NCBI RefSeq assembly: GCF_006345805.1
Contig: NC_043006.1
Location: 49,910,001-49,974,000, forward strand
DNA length: 64,000 nucleotides
Reading direction: 5' to 3'
Source: Octopus sinensis
Lineage: Eukaryota
Below the pieces are notes generated by a model, which had not been told where the DNA came from, ran no database searches, and saw only the letters and a program-made list of their open reading frames with translations. The position numbers were made by a program, and so were the translations under genes. The first letter of the stretch is position 1, and every line of letters begins with the position of its first letter. This document shows, piece after piece, positions 38,040 to 51,769 of the stretch.

Positions 38040-38740
38040 CAAATTAAAATTATGAAAAATATGCATGATAAATGATAATGATATATGAAAAATGTACCAA
38101 TTACACCACCTCGGCAGCATCATTTACGTCCTTTTCTATCCAATTCATTTTCTATTTCGTCCGGTACGTCCATTATATTACACAGCACCTCTCTATATTT
38201 CACACCCTCCTTACACTATCTGATCATTTTCATTCTATATTCCGGCACCAATGCGCCCAAGACCATATTTCCTTTAATAATTCCCAACTTTCACATCCCT
38301 CCATTTACAACCTCCACATCCTTCCATTGCAACAACTTATTCCTCACTTCCATTTTTATACCCTTATACACAGCACAAACAAAACATGGGAGGGGTGCTT
38401 TGTGGTGTCTTTATATGATTGCTGGGCTTTGTTTTCTTTTTTGTGTCGGTGGGGGAATGGATGGGTTCGGTGTCTGCAGGGGGGAACAAGGTTGAGAAGG
38501 TATGGGTGTGGTGGGCACGGGTTTGGGTTCACTTAAACTGTCCTTTTTCCTCTTCGTCTGTTTTCTTCCAGTAACTTGCCATCCATCTTCCTCGTTTGTT
38601 TTTTCCTTCTGGTTCATTCTCTGCTTTCTCTTGAGTTTGCTTATTTTTAAGAGGACAGTCCGCTCTAATGTGGCCCTTTTGGCCACATTTATAGCAACGA
38701 GGGATTATGCCCTCAACCCATACTTTCATTATCTTTTCAA
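38040..38740 (-). mobile_element. Tx1/L1-like ORF1 (gag-like) remnant with CCHC zinc knuckle
   Basis: VWVEGIIPRCYKCGQKGHIRADCP (CX2CX4HX4C) followed by a basic low-complexity tail; frameshifted. Confidence 0.7.
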
Positions 38741-39570
38741 TATATATATATATTGTATTTACGACGATGTATTTGGAAGTTGTCTAAAATATTAAAAGAA
38801 GTGGGAGGATTTTGGCCTTATGTTTTTTTAAGGGTAGCAGGCTGAGTAGAGGTACATGTTCTGGGAAATCAGCTCACCTTGAAAGTAAGTAAATAACCGT
38901 AAAGATATACAGCTTTTTCAAAATATTGATCACTAATACCAAGTGAATGTCCTTATTTGTAACGTGGGTAATTCTACATTATCTAAATCTCTTCTATATA
39001 AAATGGTGTGATTTTTTCGAATTAAAGTTATTTAAATAGCTTTAGCTTATTCTCTTTAAGCAGGTTGTTGATAGTTTTAAAAATGTTAGATCCAGTTAAT
39101 GAAATCTAATTTATACAAGGCTAGAAAAACAGGGAGAAAATAGGCTCCGCTAACACATGCACAACACTTGAACATATTTAAATTAATAGATCAGTTGTAT
39201 TTAATTAGCATTTTCGTTTCACATATTGATCACAATTCGATATTGCAATATACATTATGATACTACTTGTCCGCTAAATAAATTTTGTGTATTAATCAAC
39301 ATGTTTTACATCAGTTCCACTATATTTTATGAGAATAATTAAATGCTTAACTCAGAGGAGTTATAAAACCGGGCTCATAAACTTATGTTCAGGGGAATTC
39401 ATTTAAATTTTATGAAAACTGGTTACATCATTAATGAAGACAGATATAATTCTGCTTGCAATAAATAAATAAATCGAGCAAATATATATACATTTAATAT
39501 ACTCGTTAAGCATCTCAACCGCCTAAACCAGTTCTTTTTATACGTTTATATAAACATATACATGCGTGTC

Positions 39571-39652
<82 letters not shown>

Positions 39653-39742
39653 TATATACATATATATACACATATATATATACATACATATATATATATT
39701 TATATATATACATATATATACACATATATACATACATATATA

Positions 39743-39799
<57 letters not shown>

Positions 39800-40513
39800 T
39801 ACGTAGAGATAGAAAGAGAAACAAATATAGAAATAGAGATAGAGACAGAGAAACAGATGCACAAATAAACAGACAGCGAATGAGATAAATGGATAGACAT
39901 AGATATATAAATTCACATATATGTGTATTTAATTGTGTATAAACATATGTATATAAACGTGTCCGTATGCATGTATATATGTGTATATTTACATCTGTAT
40001 GTACAAATAACCGAGAGAAAAATACTGATCAAGTATATATCGCCTAGTATCTGAGGCACTGAGTTCACGATCATGTCATGAGTTCGATTCCAGGATAGAA
40101 CAGCTCATTGTGTCTTTAAACAAGGCACTTCATTTCACATTGATGAAGACTATTTTTAGAAACGATGAGCACCATCCACGCACTAATGCTATCCTTGCAC
40201 TCCTAACTGTCGGATCCCCATTGTGAAAAGGACCGATAGCGAATCTATATTTGCTTGCGACGCCACAAGTGCCTAAGCCAATTGGAAAAGCCTAATAAGT
40301 GTTACTCGCTTGCGAGTGACAGGAGTAAATTTGGGTGTTTCATGTGTGTGTGTAGAGAGAGTGAGGTGGGGAGAGGGAGAAAGAGAGAGAGAGTGTATGT
40401 GTGTGTTTGAAAAGAAAAAAGAGGCAGTCAGAATTTTGGATAATTCTTTATTTGCGTTTTCGTTCGTTTTTCGAACTCGTCAAGACAAAATCAAAATCAA
40501 AATGATAAAAACA

Positions 40514-41178
<665 letters not shown>

Positions 41179-41376
41179 AAAGCCCTAATTCTCTGCAAAT
41201 TTTGCGAGTGCCGCCGATATGCAAAGTCCTCAGTATTATCATTAAATGCATGAAATTGAGCATTACCATTCGGTTGATAACTGGTGAAGAATTAGGGCCT
41301 TCTGTGTCGTGTCTGTCCTACGTGTACGTTCTTTTTAGCTATCGTTGTTTATTTAATGCATTTTTCATATATATAT

Positions 41377-41446
<70 letters not shown>

Positions 41447-41928
41447 TGTGTGTGTGTATATATATATATGTATATATGTATATATTATATATATATATAT
41501 ATGTATATACAAATTGAGATAGGGGCTGTAAATGCAACCCTCCATGGGATAACATATATCCACTATACTGCTAGTGAAGTACCCAACAAAGTTAATACAT
41601 AAATGTTAAGGATTGCGATGCAATCAATTCATTTACTGTATTATATGGGCAAAGGTAAAATGATTTACCACAAATTACTAATACAAGATAAGAAAATGGA
41701 GAAATACATCTAAATCAAATATCAATTACCAGATAATACTCAATCACATACTTTATTAAACCACCACATAAGAGACTGTAGGGTTAAACATAAAAATGCA
41801 GAACAAATCAGTGTACATAAAGGAATGTACATAAAAAAGTGTACATAAAAGAGTGATGTTGTATAATAAGTAGAATATATATAAAAAAGAGAATATACAT
41901 ATAAATAAATATAAATATAAGTATAGAT

Positions 41929-42061
41929 TACATCTTACAGCTGTTTCGGCCATGTAGATAAGTATGTCTTATTTTACCAATATTGGCCTTTTATGGTAGG
42001 TCAATATATAGATATAAATGAGACATTTACAAAAATATCATAAGGCCTCCACGGAGATATA
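41929..42061 (-). ncRNA. Hammerhead-like fold with CCGUGGA core in an AT-rich PLE-type remnant
   Basis: Stem I TATATCT/AGATGTA; stem II GGCC/GGCC; GAAAC-AGCT-GTA with palindrome ACAGCTGT. Confidence 0.55.
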
Positions 42062-42409
42062 CATATACATATGAGTGCATATACTCACACTCCTATACAT
42101 ATAAAAATATACATATACATATACATAATAATGTAAATAAATAATATAAATTAGTAAACATATATACGTTCCATATTCAATGTTTCAGTTCTTCAACTTA
42201 ATATTGTGATAATAAACATACACATATTAGTACCTAGATGCAAATATACATAGTCAATAGTACATTATATTACTTCCTACTAATTTCCAAAGTGTCATTA
42301 AAGTTAGCATCATTATCGTTGTCAATACCATTAATGCTATCATTATTACCATTCATAATATTATTAATAACGCTTACATTAGGATCCGTGCCACTTCTAT
42401 ATATATATA

Positions 42410-42458
<49 letters not shown>

Positions 42459-42859
42459 TTGTTTATTTAAAGAATGCAGTTGTGTAAAGCCGGAACAATG
42501 CGAGAAGGTACAAAATAAGCAACAAATTGAAAAGCAAACAGAGCAAAGTTGCAGTTTTACCTTGTATTTCTATATTTTGGGTTGAAGACCCCTTCTTCAG
42601 GGCATTCGGAAAAGCGGCGGTTAGAAAAAAATTTCAATTTGTAGTTTACTTTGTACCTTCTCGCATTGTTACAGCTTTACACAACTACTTTCTTTAAATT
42701 ATACTTTACAATGTTTCACAAAAACTACCTCATTGCACTTCACAAAAGTACCTCATTTTAATATATATTGGTTAACTGAAAAGTACACAGCATCATGTTT
42801 GAAAGATTTCTTTCTACAACAGTATAATTGCATGCGATGCATTTAAATACTTCATCTAT

Positions 42860-43857
42860 TATTTAGCAGACATGCTTTGTGCAGTTTTCAATGATTTGAC
42901 AGTTTGGGCATCGTTAGTAGTTCAGAAAATATCTCCTGTAGAATTTCGGCGCGAGCTCTACACATTTTGAGTAGATCTGCCTCTGATATTGGTTTCCGTT
43001 TTTCTTCTTTTTTTTTTGCGCACTACTCTCACCTGCATGCTCCAAAAGTGTTCGATGCGGTTCATATCAGGAGATTGGCTTGGTCAATAAACTCTTCTGG
43101 TACCGTTTTCCCCTGTCAATCATTTGATCCTTTTTTGATGTGTAGCATGGAGAATCATTCTCTAAAACTAAGGTGTAATTTTTTTACCATCTAACCACAG
43201 AAGAAAATGGGAAGAGCCCTTTCCAGAGGATGAAGATATATTTTTCTGAGTTTATATCGCTAATACATTCCACCAGTTCTGAATGCCCAGTGTCCCATAT
43301 TGCTCCGTACTGTATCATTGAAGTATTGCCGTGTTTCACAGTTGGTTGTGGCCAATTTAAATCAAACTCTTTGTTAGGCAATCCCTAAACCCCGCACATG
43401 TCCGCAGTCAGAAATTTTTGCAAATCTTGATTCGTTCGAGAATATGACAGTTTCCTAGAACCTTATGGATCTTTCTACCACCTCATTTGGACAGTCCTTT
43501 TTTCTTAGAATATTTACTGATCAAAGAAGAGGTTCCCATCCAGCTACTCTGCCATAATAGTCAAGCTGATGAAGATATCTCACAGATATATTCCAACTCA
43601 TTTGGAATTGCTCTGCAGCATCAGTTGCCTTACATCGGGGATAATTTTTAACAATATGCTTGACAGCCTGAAGACACCTGTCAGAGGGTCTGGATCGACC
43701 TGAGCGGAATACTGTTCATTCCTTTTCTTTGTATGTGAATTATACAATTTTTCAGTTGGTTGTCGCAAAAGGAATCCCTAGTTTCTGTGCAATCTTATGC
43801 TAGCTAAATCCAACCTATGATTGCCCCCATAATATGCCCTCTTTGAAAATCAGACAT
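42860..43857 (-). mobile_element. Tc1-like transposase remnant
   Basis: MSDFQRGHIMG, RSGR, ESRF, PTVKHG, a degenerate DNAPCH-like motif and SPDMNRIEHFW; many stops and frameshifts; TIRs not found. Confidence 0.75.
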
Positions 43858-44058
43858 ATTTTTTTGTTCTGCTGTTTGCAACAAAAATGGAATCTAATAA
43901 TACATTAACAAATTCGAAGTACCAGGTAGTGTCCGCACAGATATATATGCCTGTATGTATGGCATTATTCAGTTTATTTCAAGATTTCTTGCCAATAGAG
44001 AAAGAACCGGTTTCTAACCTAGATCCAAGGCTCCTTCATTGGAATATAAGTATGTGCG

Positions 44059-44174
<116 letters not shown>

Positions 44175-44224
44175 CAGAAGGAGAGAAAGTGTAAGTAACG
44201 ATAGTTGATCGGCAGAATCGTTGG

Positions 44225-44705
44225 AACGTCGAACAAAACGCTTCGCCGCGACTATCGTGGGTGTTACGTTCCAAAAACCCCCGTGATAGGTAAAAATCCA
44301 CGAAGTAGAAACATTATTGTATATATTTTTTTTTTATTTCTATACTTTGTATATATTTATTTTATTACAAATGCAAAACAACACCTCGGAGGAATCGACG
44401 TAAGCTTAAATATTCTTACTATAGGCGCAAGGCCTGAAATTTGGGGAGGGGGATAATCGTTTACATCGACTCCAGTACGCAACTGGTAGTTAATTTATCG
44501 AAAGAATTAAAGGAAGAGTCGATTTTGGCGGAATTTGAACTCAGTACGTAGCGACGGGCGAAATACCGCTAAGCATTTCCTCCGGCGTTCTAACGATTTG
44601 CCAGCTCGCCGCCTTACGACGTAAGCTCAAATAATAAACCGTGATAGGTGAACCACGATAGGTGGACCGCGATAGGTGAACCGCGATATGGCGAGGGATT
44701 ACAGT
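44225..44705. mobile_element. Tigger/pogo-like MITE remnant with subterminal 14-bp repeats, interrupted by SINE A (44413-44616, -)
   Basis: (GAACCGCGATAGGT)x4 at 44636-44690 ending GCGAGGGATTACAGTA; 17-bp SINE TSD CGACGTAAGCT(T/C)AAATA at 44396-44412 and 44617-44633. Confidence 0.65.
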
Positions 44706-44824
44706 ATTTTTGCCTGGTTCTTTACGTTATGAGTTCATCGAGTTCAACTTTACTCTTCAGCCTTTCAGATTTAATAAAATACCAGTAGGATCGTTGGTAT
44801 CGACTAACTCTTCCCCTAAATTCA

Positions 44825-45030
44825 CTAACTTAGTAGTTAGGATGCTGGACTTATGTTCGTAAGATTGTGGTTTCGATTCCTGGATCGGGCGATACGTTGC
44901 GTTCTTGAGAAAGCACTTCTTTTCCTGTTGCTCCAGTCCACTCAGCTGGCAAAAATTAATAATCCTACAACGAACCGGCATCCCGTCCGGGAGGGGAATA
45001 AATATACGTCATGGAAAAAAAGATGCACTC
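44825..45030 (+). mobile_element. SINE family D
   Basis: Shares CCAGTCCACTCAGCTGGCAAAAAT with 8039-8281. Confidence 0.75.
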
Positions 45031-45083
45031 TGTGGAAACTACACCAGTTTGAAGTGGGGAAAGTTATAGAATGTATTCCCTAT

Positions 45084-45386
45084 GTTTGTTCCTTCTCAAG
45101 CCATGCCTGGCTCATTAGGGCCGGTTTCCCGGTTTCCTTGGCGTATAGGTTCCCCACCTGGACGGGACACCGGTCCGTCGCAGGTGAGCTGCAAGATGCA
45201 GGAGGAAAGAGTGTGAGAAAGTTGTGGTGAAAGAGTCAGCAGAAGTTTCGCCATTACCTTCTGCTGGAGCCGCGTGGAGCTTAGGTGTTTCGCTCATAAA
45301 AACACACATCCCCCGGTCTGAGATTCGAACCCGCGATCCCTCGACCGCGAGTCCGCTGCTCTAACCACTAGGCCATGTGCCTCCAC
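45084..45386 (-). mobile_element. SINE family C variant
   Basis: tRNA head GGTTCGAATCTC; TSD GTATTCC(C/T)TAT at 45073-45083 and 45387-45397. Confidence 0.88.
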
Positions 45387-45429
45387 GTATTCCTTATAGA
45401 TAGTGAAAATTTTCATCTCAAGCTATATT

Positions 45430-46494
45430 GTTAGTTACAGGAGTTCACAGTTGTGATGACTTTCGAACAGTTGACGATGTACAGTATTATATTTATGAAG
45501 AAGCAGCATAACGAAGGGAGTCTGCACGTAAATGAAAAGAGATGAATGGCAGAGATGAATGACAGAAGCGTCAGTAGCACAATTGTCTTCACAACTAAAA
45601 TATCTATATGTTTTGATTTGTTTTGAATGTAACTAACGATTCTGCAGAATTCTCTCCGGTGATTAAAGAGTAAACGATGGAGACAGGTCGAGAGGTGTAG
45701 CTGTTGAGAATACTTTGAGAGCTGTACAATCAATTTTGTCAGTACGTAGATTAAGTTGTCGTGACCTTCTGAAATGCTGTCTTTGTGTAATATCAATGAA
45801 AATGATGACGTCAATATTCTGCAGAATATGTTCAGGTACTTTAAATGTTTAACTGAAACGCAACAAGTACTTCAGCAATTGTAAACTCGATAGCACAACA
45901 TGCAGTTATCTTTTTAGATAATCCAGATGATTGCGGGAAAACATATCGATATAATACGAAAATTCATTATCTTAATTAAAAAGGTGGGAGAAACTCTTTC
46001 CTACGTCGATACAAACATTAAAGTATTTTTTTGTAAATTGTTGGACGAACAGTGCATATAATTTTAAAGATTTTTGTACAGGAAACATCTGTCACTCAAT
46101 GAAAATACTCTCCGGGATATCTTAGAAAATACAACTACTCATCATAGATGAAGCTTCTATGCAATCTCCTAGCATTCTGTCATTGCAAAACGCTCTGTTC
46201 AAGCTAAGTGTTAATAGACACATCGGCGGTAAAAAAAAAATCACTTAGGAGCTGATTTTCGCCAAACAGCTCTCGTGATACCAAATGTTCATAATATTGC
46301 TATTTATTAATATAGGAGTGGCTGTGTGATAAGTAGCTTGTTTACCAACCACATGGTCCCGGGTTCAGTCCCACTGCGTGGCACCTTGGGCAAGTGTCTT
46401 CTACTATAGCCTCAGGCCAACCAAAGCCTTGTGAGTGAATTTGGTAGACAGAAACTGAAAGAAGCCCGTCGTATATGTGTATATATATATGTGT

Positions 46495-46533
<39 letters not shown>

Positions 46534-47515
46534 TTTGTGTGTCTGTGTTTGTCCCCCCCAACATCGCTTGACAACCGATGCTGGTGTGTTTACGTCCCCG
46601 TAACTTAGCGATTCGGCAAAAATGCCCGATAGAATAAGTACTAGGCTTACAAAGAATAAGTCCTGGGGTCGATTTACTTGACTAAAGGCGGTGCTCCAGC
46701 ATGGCCACAGTCAAATGACTGAAACAAGTAAAAGAGTAAAAGAGTAAAATGAGTATTAAATCATCCCGACTTTAGTCTAATATAGAATTTCTAAGATTTT
46801 GCCAAAATATAAGGAACACAGGAGAAGATGAATTTAATTAATGGCAATTTGACATTGTAAACGGTGCGCTACTAAATTAATGTGGACTAGAAGAAAATCT
46901 TATAGAGATATCTTCTGATTAATATCAAGTCAATGCAGTATAACCGGAGACATATTTAGAAATTGAGTAGACGTATCAAGGGAAGAATCAATTGAAGATG
47001 TCTTATCAAAGATAATATTAACTCCTAAAAGTAAAAATGTTTTGAAGTTGAACAATGATATTTTTGCACTACTAACTGGAAATATGATAGCATATACATG
47101 TGTTAATTGTAACTAATATCACGAATGAGACCATAATAACTAGTTATCCATTTGGGTTTTAAATATATTGACACACACAGGACTATCGCTATATGTTGAA
47201 GCGAAAAGATTTTGTAACAAAAACCAATGTTAATCTTGACTCGAGAAAGGACTGCTTAATGAAACACATTTTTGTCAAAATCTCTTCCTGATTTCTCTCT
47301 TCACAGACACATACTGATAGTAAGAAAGGAGGGGAAGTATTTATCCTAAGATTATGTTTGACATCCAGTGATATCAATCTTACATGAAACACGCCAAATT
47401 CCTATTTGGTATTGCAAGGACTTGTAATTAAATGCAAGGTCAATCAGTCTCTTAATTTGGAGCATATACCTGCCTGCTACCATTTTTTCTCATGTGCAAA
47501 ATTCTTCGTGAAACG
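45430..47515 (+). mobile_element. Helitron Rep-helicase (PIF1-like) remnant, interrupted by SINE B
   Basis: Ordered motifs: DDFRTVDDVQY..YEEAA, DEW...EAS...QLKYL, IFLDNPDDCGKTY (45908-45946), GRTVH, LIIDEASM (46141), GGK, LGADFRQ (46245), IILTPK (47012), RQIP, IFSHVQ (47488); many stops and frameshifts. Confidence 0.85.
46312..46753 (+). mobile_element. SINE family B (CORE-like, with internal microsatellite), full length
   Basis: GGAGTGGCTGTGTG head, GGGTTCAGTCCC, ACCTTGGGCAAGT, internal (TG)n and a (GTAAAAGA)n tail. Confidence 0.92.
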
Positions 47516-48244
47516 CAGCAGCTCTACAAATAAAATATGAAAATTCATGTAGAAAATAAGTACAACAAGAAAATCGTTTCGAAAACGTACTTATAAAAAG
47601 AATTACTAAATTAAATTCTATTAAATTCTATCTGCTTGTTATTGTTGGAGTATCATTGGATATTTCATTTTGCACACTATTACAACTAGTAGGGAAACGA
47701 TTAAGCTTTTTTTTTTTTCTATAGAATATCCAATGTTAAGTAAATTACAGTATGTACAATATGTAAATATCTCTATTTTGAAATATATGTAATTTTCTGT
47801 TTTTAATATCAACCGAGCGTCTGCGATATCATTCCTATTGCTGCGATATCATTCCTCTTTAATTTGCTAAAATTTCATTTTGTTAACTGCTTTAGCAAAT
47901 ATGGAACCGTTAACCGTTTTTTTTTTTTCGTTTCAAGACTACTCAAAGCAAAATATATCTGTGTAAATATCTATATTTCAAAATACAATAATTTTCAGTA
48001 TGTTATAACTATACTTGATTATTATTTTTGCAACAGTGCACATATTTACTATCACACAAATACGTTTTATAAATTTTCAGATAGCAAGAAGTGATTCTCT
48101 CAGATTCCCACTGGGTGAAGAGTTTTGGTAAATAGAATGTCCAGTGCTTCGTGATTTGTGTTTGCTAATAGGATGCTTGTGCGTGTGCACGTTTTCGTAC
48201 AAGTCTGTGTGGAAGGGTACTTGTTGGAAACCCGTAATATATAT

Positions 48245-48305
<61 letters not shown>

Positions 48306-48629
48306 TTATACAGGTATTTATGTATATGTACAGATATGAAGCAATAGCTGGGATAATGTGTAAATAAAAAACAAATGTAGTTATAGGCACAATGAGAGTG
48401 GAAAAAGTTGTCAGATTACAAGAATCTACTATCATGACCATTAATATTTTCTATGGATGCATTCGCCTTAACGCCGATGGCATAAAAGAGTTGCCAGCGT
48501 GTATACATATAGTGTAATTTTACCATATTTTCAGTATGTTTTTTTTTTTTATCTATTATTTGAATACATTCGTTTCAAAGACTAAGATAAATATATTTAT
48601 ATGTTTGTATGTTAAATATATCTTGTCTG

Positions 48630-48671
<42 letters not shown>

Positions 48672-48909
48672 TGTACATGTATATATTGTTCCTCATATAA
48701 ATTTTGTAGAGCAATTTGTATTACATTCAAGTTTTAGTTCCCAGGCAAAAACACTGCACTGCTCAAAGAAATTGCTACTGACTGCATCTAAATCGACTGT
48801 GACTACTCAAATCTATAAAACTCGTTAACTATATATATGTATATATATATATATATATATATTATATTATATATATATAATATATATATATATATATAAT
48901 TCTAATTAA

Positions 48910-49035
48910 GGGTATCTGCGATTTACCACCATGCTATATATAGCAGCCAAAACTTGACTCTAAAACCACATTAAATGTGGTCTTAGATCAAGTTTTGGCT
49001 GCTATATCTAGCATGATGGTATCTAGCAGATACCC
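48910..49035. mobile_element. 126-bp fold-back MITE with TTAA TSD and GGG...CCC termini (Kolobok/T2-like)
   Basis: TTAA 48906-48909 and 49036-49039; GGGTATCTGC/GCAGATACCC termini; the interior is almost fully self-complementary. Confidence 0.8.
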
Positions 49036-49167
49036 TTAAATATAATTTTAATAATAATTATTACCTTTGAGTTTTTTATTCCGAAGCTGGCAACCTGATA
49101 AGATCGGTAATTTAAATAACGATCTTATCGTTATTTATATAAATTTATATATATATTATATATATAT

Positions 49168-49213
<46 letters not shown>

Positions 49214-49308
49214 ATATAGGGATAATTCACGAAAAAAGCATATGACGAACACAGGTGGTGTGGAAAACAAACAGATGTATTAGTATAACGCTCGGGAATT
49301 GAAAAAGT

Positions 49309-49344
49309 CTTTAACGTTTCGAGCCTACGCTCTTCCACAGAAAG
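49309..49344 (-). ncRNA. 36-nt minimal hammerhead fold with CUGUGGA core within a PLE-type fragment (about 49215-49425)
   Basis: CTTT-CTGTGGA-A-GAGC-GTAG-GCTC-GAAAC-GTT-AAAG; palindrome AACGTT. Confidence 0.65.
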
Positions 49345-49447
49345 GAACGCAGAAAGAAAGAATCAAGGAGAGAAAAAAATGTGTGTAGTGGCTACCGATC
49401 TATCATGGCGAATGCCGGACAGATATACATATATATATATATATATA

Positions 49448-49508
<61 letters not shown>

Positions 49509-50099
49509 CCATGCACTAGTTTTACTACAAACTATTATCTTGTAACGGATATTATATTATTCGCACACACCGCTAGTTACTTTCTCGGTACACTGTAAGC
49601 CGAATAACGTCGTATTCAACGAAGACAATCTTAAATCTATTGACTCAGTACTTGCGCGGGAGGGGGGCATGATAAATTTATATTGTAGCAAGATAATAGC
49701 TGATCGCCTCGTTAGCAATTATGTAAACCCGGTGCAGAATCCAGTAACACCTCTTCTTCTTTCTTTCCCTCACCTTCTCCCTCACTCACTCTTCCTTGCT
49801 CTCTTTTTCCCTCTCTTTCACCCTTTCACTCTCTCTCTCTCTCTCCATATATATATATATGATATGCATACATATGATAAGCATGTGTGTGTGTGTGTGT
49901 GTATTTATGGATAGATGTACAGGTATCTGTGCGTATATTTAAGCGTAACATATATGTATAAGTATTCATATAAATATATACAGGCTTGTATATGTGTGTG
50001 TGCGTATGTATATACGTTTATATATGTACACATATACGTATTATCATAATCTATATAAAATGTGTGTGTGACAAATTGCGTGACCTTAGTATAGTATGA

Positions 50100-50640
50100 A
50101 AACTAAAGGAGGGCCTATATAACTTCTTCAAAGTTAGAGGTCAGTTGCAATCAACTGCAGAAGTGCTCATTCTGAGGAGACCTGAATTCTTAGAGACCCT
50201 CAGGGAACTATACTGGGACCACAACAATTTTTAAGACATGCACTTTTTCATAAAGACAATGCTTTTTACCAACCAAGCTGACATTACAAAAAGTGTGGCA
50301 GGCAGTCAAGAACCCTAAACGTAACACAAAATTACAACAAAACCAAAATGCAATATAGAGTTTGGTTTAAGAAAACAACCAACAGCTCACTTTTGAAAAA
50401 TAAAATGTGAGAGTGGAGATCGAAGGGCTGCATCCCAAAAACTTCGTTGGAAGTTGGATGAGAGTGGCGAGCAAGATTCGAGTGAACGAACCTGCTCTGG
50501 GCATGCGCCTGTGGATTGAAGGAGAACTACAGGGAAAAGCACTCGCCTAATGGCCAGAGTGACCGTTGTTGTGTGGCTCTCCACAGGTGGCCACTGGGGA
50601 ATTATTTATTGCTTGGAATTCATTGTATGGAATTGATCTC
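50100..50640 (+). mobile_element. Degenerate Tx1-like ORF2 3' end
   Basis: VRVEIEGL...GSWMRVASKIRVN resembles the C-terminus of the element at 54900-56085. Confidence 0.45.
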
Positions 50641-50717
50641 TTTGTCTCTGTTTTTCTCCTTTTTACACTCGCTTTTATGTAACTACACACTGTATCGTCG
50701 TGTTAAATCTACAATAA

Positions 50718-50930
50718 TATTAGTTTCAAATTTTGGTACAAGGCCAGTAATTTTGGGGAAGTGAGTGAGTCGATTACATCGACCCCAGCGTTAAACCGGT
50801 ACTTATTTTATCCCCCACGAAAGGGATGAATGGAAAAGTCGACCTTGGTGGAATTTGAACTCAGACCGTGAAGGCGATCGAAACGCCACTAAGCATTTTG
50901 CACAGAATGCTAACCAGCTCGCTGCCTTTA
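50718..50930 (-). mobile_element. SINE family A
   Basis: Family A motifs on the minus strand. Confidence 0.82.
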
Positions 50931-51264
50931 TTCAAACTTTGGTACCAGGACAGTAAATGTTCTTCATTTCGGCTCCCGCCAGCCGCCTATATTGTGTCAC
51001 AAAGGTGACAGAGGTTAGTGCCACTGGCAATGCCCTCACTTTCATCCTTGTGTTACGTTGAGCCATGCACTAAGGGACAAGTAAGTGTATGTGACTTTCC
51101 TTTAGTTTCATTCACGGACCCGAAAAACAGATAGACAGTGCCGTTCGTTTTACCTCAATCAATAGACAAAATACTGCTTACGCATCGAATATTTTTTGTT
51201 TCAGTGCCTTTTCAGCGGACACACAATCAGAGCCTCACCTTGCGTTTTGTGATTTTTTTCCTGC

Positions 51265-51655
51265 CTTTAACCCTCCAACGCGGAGTATAGGCCACTTATA
51301 GTTCAATTCCATGTCGCATAATTTTTCGCTTCTGTACTTTTACTCTGCCATGAATGTCCTCCTTTCTCTAGTTCCTTTTGTGTTGATCTACGCCACGAGT
51401 TCTTTGGCCTACCTTTCTTTCTATACCCATCCGGATTCCACCGTAAAGCACTTTTCACTACATTCGGTGTGTCTTTTCTAATTGTGCTACCAATCCACTT
51501 CCACTTTTTCTTAAATATTTGCTCCCTAATCGAAACTTGATTTGTTCTTTGCCATAGCTCCATATTGCTTATGTGTTCGGGCCATCTAATTTTAAGTATA
51601 CCACGCAAGCATCTGTTGAATGATTGTATTTGCTTATTTGACTTAACTGTTGTTC
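51265..51655 (-). mobile_element. RTE-clade (SR2/Perere-3-like) LINE 3' fragment
   Basis: YGTATWR...RCLRGILKIRWPEHISNMELWQRT...WKWIG...ALRWNPDGYRKKGRPKNSWRR...SGLYS. Confidence 0.85.
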
Positions 51656-51769
51656 GCCATGTCGCAGTCCCATACAATAATTCTCTCCTTTGCTACTACC
51701 TTGAAGAATTTTCAGTCGAATGAATCGAGCCAGGTACTAGTTCTATCGCTGTCTTTTGCCGAATCACTA

